NCBI GenBank assembly: GCA_905479125.1
Contig: CAJQLI010000023.1
Coordinates: forward strand, 1 to 46,982
Source of the DNA: an uncultured Alphaproteobacteria bacterium
Lineage (GTDB): Bacteria; Pseudomonadota; Alphaproteobacteria; MPNO01; UBA830
Direction: 5' to 3'
Length of the DNA stretch: 46,982 nucleotides
Shown: positions 43,341-46,982 of the stretch, piece after piece
Layout: every line of letters starts with the position of its first letter
Numbering within the stretch: position 1 is the stretch's first letter
Program-made: the position numbers and the translations under genes
The notes under the pieces: model-generated
Databases searched by the model: none
Told to the model about the DNA's origin: nothing
What the model saw: only the letters and a program-made list of their open reading frames with translations

Positions 43341-44918
43341 ATGACCGACAGCGCCCCGCCGCCACCACAAATAGGATATCGCAGCGTCCTGTCGATGATC
43401 CGCGAACATGCCCGTCGGGCACCAGGGCAGGACTGCCTTGTCGCAATCGACCAGAATACCGCGCTGACGTGGCAGCAGCTCTACCGGCTCACCAACAAGC
43501 TCGCCGCCTGGCTTCACGCGCGGGATATCGGCGCGAATGACAGGGTCCTGGTGCTGACCGACAACAGCCTCGAAAACCTGATCCTTTATTTCGGTATCCA
43601 GCGTCACGGGGCAACATTCTGCACCGTCAATGTCGACATCAATGCAAACCACATGCGCGAGATTATCGACCGGCTCTCACCGCAGATCGTGTTATGGCAC
43701 GATAGCCTCGACCTGGCGGATATCCGGAAAACCGCGCCGGGCACCTGGGTGTCATTCGGCACCGCCGACCCGGCGGGCACAAGCTCAAAAGACGGCGGCC
43801 TTTTCGAAGCGCTGAATGAGTTGGACGGCGATACAGAGCCTGAAGAAGTATCTGCCGAGAACGACGCCGCCGTAATTTGTTTCACGTCAGGCACGACCGA
43901 CCGGCCCAAGGGGGTGATTCACAGTTTCGGCAATTACAACGCCATCGGCGCCCAAACCGCCTATCTCTGGGGTCTCACATCAGCCGACCGGGTTCTTGAA
44001 TACCGCTCGTTTTCCTGGTCGTCGTCGCACCAGATCGTCCTGCAGCCGTTACTGTTCGGCGGTGGCTGCGTTGTGTTTGCACCGAAATTTTCTTTCAGCC
44101 GCCTGTTTGGCTGGATTCGCAATTACAGGATCACCAAGGCGATCGGCATTCCCACCGTGGTCAACATGCTGCTCGACCGCCTGGCGGACGAGGAAACCGG
44201 TTCACTGAAGACGCTTGAATTCATGAGCTGCAGCACCGCGCCATTGATGGAAGAACAACACCGACGGTTCGAACAGACATACGGCATCAAGCTGATCCAG
44301 CATTACGGGATGAGCGAAGGCGGCACGGTGGCGGGCAACCATCATCTGGCACGCCGGATAGGCAGTGTGGGAAAACCCGGAATCGGCCAGAACCTGACCA
44401 TCATCAACGACGACGGAACACCCGCATCACAGGGCACGGAAGGCGAGATTGAAATCGGCGGCGCTCAGAACGCCACCGCCTATCTGAATCCCGACGGCAC
44501 GGTCGAAGCGGTGCGCGGAAAACGCCTGAAAACCGGTGACCTCGGCGTTCTGGACGAGGATGGGTATCTGCGGGTGACCGGGCGCGCAAAAGAACTGATC
44601 ATTCGCGGCGGCGTCAATATCGCACCGCTGGAAATCGACAATATCGTCATGCAGCATGGTGACGTAATGGAGGTCTGCACCATCGGCGCACCGGATGCGA
44701 TCTATGGCGAGGCGATCATCTGTTATGTCGTACCGCGGACCGGCCGGTCGCTGACCACGGACGACATAGCGCAGCATTGCACAGGATTGCTGCCCGATTT
44801 CAAACAACCGTCAGAAATCGTTATTGTCGACGGGGTAGCACGCAACACGCGCGGAAAAGTGGACAGGAAAGCGATGAAAGACATCTGGACGGATACACAC
44901 CCCGGGAGCACATCATGA
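43341..44918 (+). CDS. AMP-binding acyl-CoA synthetase / adenylate-forming enzyme
   Basis: ICFTSGTTDRPKGVIHS (AMP-binding motif), YGMSEGG and TGDLGVLDEDGYLRVTGRAKELIIRGGVNI. Confidence 0.9.
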   Translation: MTDSAPPPPQIGYRSVLSMIREHARRAPGQDCLVAIDQNTALTWQQLYRLTNKLAAWLHARDIGANDRVLVLTDNSLENLILYFGIQRHGATFCTVNVDINANHMREIIDRLSPQIVLWHDSLDLADIRKTAPGTWVSFGTADPAGTSSKDGGLFEALNELDGDTEPEEVSAENDAAVICFTSGTTDRPKGVIHSFGNYNAIGAQTAYLWGLTSADRVLEYRSFSWSSSHQIVLQPLLFGGGCVVFAPKFSFSRLFGWIRNYRITKAIGIPTVVNMLLDRLADEETGSLKTLEFMSCSTAPLMEEQHRRFEQTYGIKLIQHYGMSEGGTVAGNHHLARRIGSVGKPGIGQNLTIINDDGTPASQGTEGEIEIGGAQNATAYLNPDGTVEAVRGKRLKTGDLGVLDEDGYLRVTGRAKELIIRGGVNIAPLEIDNIVMQHGDVMEVCTIGAPDAIYGEAIICYVVPRTGRSLTTDDIAQHCTGLLPDFKQPSEIVIVDGVARNTRGKVDRKAMKDIWTDTHPGSTS

Positions 44919-46522
44919 GCAACGCCATCGTCATCCGTGGCGGCCATGTTATCGACGGGACGGGCGCCGCGGGACTCGAAACCGATATTGCCATCAGTGG
45001 CGGCCGGATTACCGAGATCGGCCCCAATATCTCCGCGAGCGGCGCAGAAACCATTGACGCGTCGGGTAAAGTGGTCTCACCGGGTTTTATCGATATCAAG
45101 ACCCATTCGGACTGGACCCTGCCATTGATGCCGCAGGCGGAAAGCAAGATCCGCCAGGGCGTGACCACCGAAGTGATCGGTCATTGCGGTTATTCCTGCG
45201 CACCGGCCCTGCCGAACAAGGTCGAGGCTTTGGCGGACTACCTGAGCCCGAGCGCGCCCTGGCTGAGTTTCCGCCCGACGAATTTCCGCGACTATCTGGA
45301 CCAGTACCCGGCGTTATCGGTGAACACTGTGCACCTCGTCGGTCACAACACGCTGCGGCTTATGGCCATGGGAATGGAAGACCGCCCGCCAACCCCGGCG
45401 GAGCTTGAACACATGCGCGCCTTGCTGATCGAAGCCCTTGCCGCGGGCGCACTCGGTATGTCATCGGGGCTGTTCACCGCGCCCGGGTCTTATTCGGATG
45501 TCGAGGAAATGGTCGCCCTTGGCCGCACCCTGTCGGACCAGGGTGCGCGCTACTTCACGCATCTGCGTGACGAAGGAAATACGGTCTACGATTCGCTGCA
45601 CGAAGCGATGGAATTTGCCGAACAGGTGCGCGTGCATGTCCAGATCGTTCACATGAAACTCTCGGGCACCGATAACTGGGGCGGGGCAGTCAAGGCAATG
45701 GATATTCTGGCAGATGCGCGGAAATCCGGTGTGCCGATTGATTGCGACATCTATCCCTATACCGCCGCCAGTAACCCGCTGAAAAACCTCTTCCCGCCAT
45801 GGCTTCAGGAAGGCGGCGTGGACGCGATGATTGCCCGGCTCGGAGACGCGAATATGCGCGACCGCCTGCGCGAAGCGATCGATGCCGAGGGTCTGAACAA
45901 TTTCGGCCGAATTCCAAACTGGGACGCGATTCGTATCTCGATATCGCCGGATATGCCCCAGTTTGCGGGGCGTACCATTGCCGATCTGGCAGCCGAGCGG
46001 AATATTGACGGTCTGGACATGGCGCTCGATTACATCGTCGAGGATCACGGCCAGACCCGGGTACTTGTCGGTTCGATCTCCGAAGAGGATGTGCAGGATT
46101 TTGTCCGCTCGGAAGACGTGATGATCGGCTCGGACGGCAATTCAGTGGCTCCCTATGGCACTACGGGCCAGGGAAAACCCCACCCGAGATTCTACGGCAC
46201 TTTCGCAAAGGTGCTGGGCCAATATTCGCGGGACGAGGAATTGCTGCCCCTGCATAAGGCACTCTGGAAAATGACTGGAGGTTCTGCAAAAGCGCTTGGA
46301 CTGATGAACAGAGGCTCTCTTCGAGAAGGCTACGCAGCCGATGTAACAATCTTCGACCCGGTGACAATCGCAGAGCGGGCAACCTATGAAGATCCACACC
46401 AGTTTGCCAGTGGCATTGACCAGGTAATCGTCAACGGCACCACCGTGCTTCGCGACGGCGAACACACCGGAGCCCTGACCGGCCGAACGCTTCGCCGTCA
46501 AACCGATTTCTCAATGGCGTGA
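44915..46522 (+). CDS. N-acyl-D-amino-acid deacylase (D-aminoacylase) family amidohydrolase
   Basis: MSNAIVIRGGHVIDGTG...DIAISGGRITEIG...VVSPGFIDIKTHSD. The ATG at 44915 overlaps the upstream stop (ATGA). I reject the upstream extension in the track ORF. Confidence 0.88.
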   Translation: MSNAIVIRGGHVIDGTGAAGLETDIAISGGRITEIGPNISASGAETIDASGKVVSPGFIDIKTHSDWTLPLMPQAESKIRQGVTTEVIGHCGYSCAPALPNKVEALADYLSPSAPWLSFRPTNFRDYLDQYPALSVNTVHLVGHNTLRLMAMGMEDRPPTPAELEHMRALLIEALAAGALGMSSGLFTAPGSYSDVEEMVALGRTLSDQGARYFTHLRDEGNTVYDSLHEAMEFAEQVRVHVQIVHMKLSGTDNWGGAVKAMDILADARKSGVPIDCDIYPYTAASNPLKNLFPPWLQEGGVDAMIARLGDANMRDRLREAIDAEGLNNFGRIPNWDAIRISISPDMPQFAGRTIADLAAERNIDGLDMALDYIVEDHGQTRVLVGSISEEDVQDFVRSEDVMIGSDGNSVAPYGTTGQGKPHPRFYGTFAKVLGQYSRDEELLPLHKALWKMTGGSAKALGLMNRGSLREGYAADVTIFDPVTIAERATYEDPHQFASGIDQVIVNGTTVLRDGEHTGALTGRTLRRQTDFSMA

Positions 46523-46832
46523 AATTGTGATTACCGCGGCAGCTATACCATTATTTAAAGGCCGCTTTTGAAGCGTCGGGCCGGGTCTTATCTGAACCCC
46601 TGCCGCACAGCCGGTCTCTAATGCCTTCGCAAGCGCGCGGTTATTTCGAAGAATCCCCGCGACCTAAAAAATGTTCTTTAATTCCGTCGATCTGAGTGCG
46701 ATCCACCCTTTGTTCGGTGCTATTTTGAACCAGGGAGCAACCTCACTGCCCCCAGCCTATTAAGCCCCACGACGCAGCATCAACATACTGAGCTTGAAGT
46801 CAAAAACCGTCTATCCTTTCGAAGGAACATAA

Positions 46833-46982
46833 GTGTCTGATTCAAAAGTTTCTGCATAATATCAAGTTCTTGCCAGCAGACGAGTGACGCGGCGTATGCG
46901 GGCGACGAGGAGCCATGTTTCGGCGCTTGCGATGGTCCGTTCCCAATCCTTGGCCAATCTACGACAGCGACCAAGCCATGCA
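46833..46982 (-). mobile_element. End of an IS5-family insertion sequence (continues beyond the window)
   Basis: Contains the transposase C-terminus (46862-46981). The putative terminal inverted repeat GTGTCTGATTCAAAAG starts at 46833 and is flanked by TAA (46830-46832), consistent with the TNA target duplications of some IS5 subgroups. The exact boundary is inferred. Confidence 0.55.
46862..46982 (-). CDS. IS5-family transposase, C-terminal 39 codons (partial)
   Basis: My translation is AWLGRCRRLAKDWERTIASAETWLLVARIRRVTRLLART*. It matches the conserved IS5-family C-terminal pattern (F)AWL.R.RRL.KDYE.....E......A.I......RL. This frame differs from the 64-aa track ORF. Confidence 0.8.
   Translation of the reverse strand, partial: AWLGRCRRLAKDWERTIASAETWLLVARIRRVTRLLART

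Noticed and set aside
46630-46680. tRNA-like fragment (GGTTATTTCGAAGAATCCCC resembles a T-arm GGTTCGAATCC).
   Set aside because: No acceptor stem, anticodon arm or CCA-proximal pairing could be folded. It is at most a degraded remnant and cannot be called.
46780-46974. 64-aa minus-strand track ORF at the right edge.
   Set aside because: It is in a different frame from the recognisable IS5 transposase C-terminus, and it spans the stop codon and inverted repeat of the IS, so it is spurious.

Overview
About 47 kb of gene-dense, roughly 60% GC chromosomal DNA. My best guess is an alphaproteobacterium, based on a 41-aa bL36 ending KARQG, TRAP and TTT/Bug binding proteins, a PEP-CTERM protein and RIME/REP-like GTCAYCC hairpin repeats. 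That taxonomy is inference only.

I call 42 protein-coding genes, two of them cut by the window edges. I found no rRNA, tRNA or CRISPR. The ORF track uses the longest alternative start, so I refined starts by eye.

The content is mostly accessory catabolism, transport and regulators:
- 1-6.1 kb: glcD-like fragment, rpmJ, methyltransferase, MBL hydrolase, 3-hydroxyanthranilate dioxygenase, LLM oxidoreductase, DUF1223, FAH hydrolase.
- 6.4-12.4 kb: MarR, then a hyuA-hyuB-PreA-like operon.
- 12.4-13.5 kb: a 1-kb ORF-free hairpin-repeat array.
- 13.5-20 kb: PEP-CTERM beta-helix protein, pobA, VanA-like Rieske oxygenase, MarR, orphan TRAP binding protein, RidA.
- 19.9-25.9 kb: HExxH protein, ABC ATPase, 10-TM FtsX permease, OmpR-type regulator and histidine kinase.
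- 26-46.5 kb: class II photolyase, LysR, LLM, MarR, AEC transporter, adenine/adenosine deaminase, GMC oxidoreductase, VOC, Rieske dioxygenase alpha/beta, AraC, ThDP enzyme, Bug binding protein, glnS, DMT transporter, acyl-CoA synthetase, D-aminoacylase.
- Right edge: an IS5-family element end.

I found no recognisable phage-defence, toxin-antitoxin, retroelement or secretion system. The best candidates for something undescribed are:
1. The ABC/FtsX transporter joined to a two-component pair, with a divergent EpmC-like HExxH gene.
2. The hyuAB plus Fe-S flavoprotein operon, which carries a duplicated 12-bp palindromic operator.
3. The family of about 75-bp composite hairpin elements and their 1-kb array.

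All functional ideas are inference from motifs read by eye. No searches were run.
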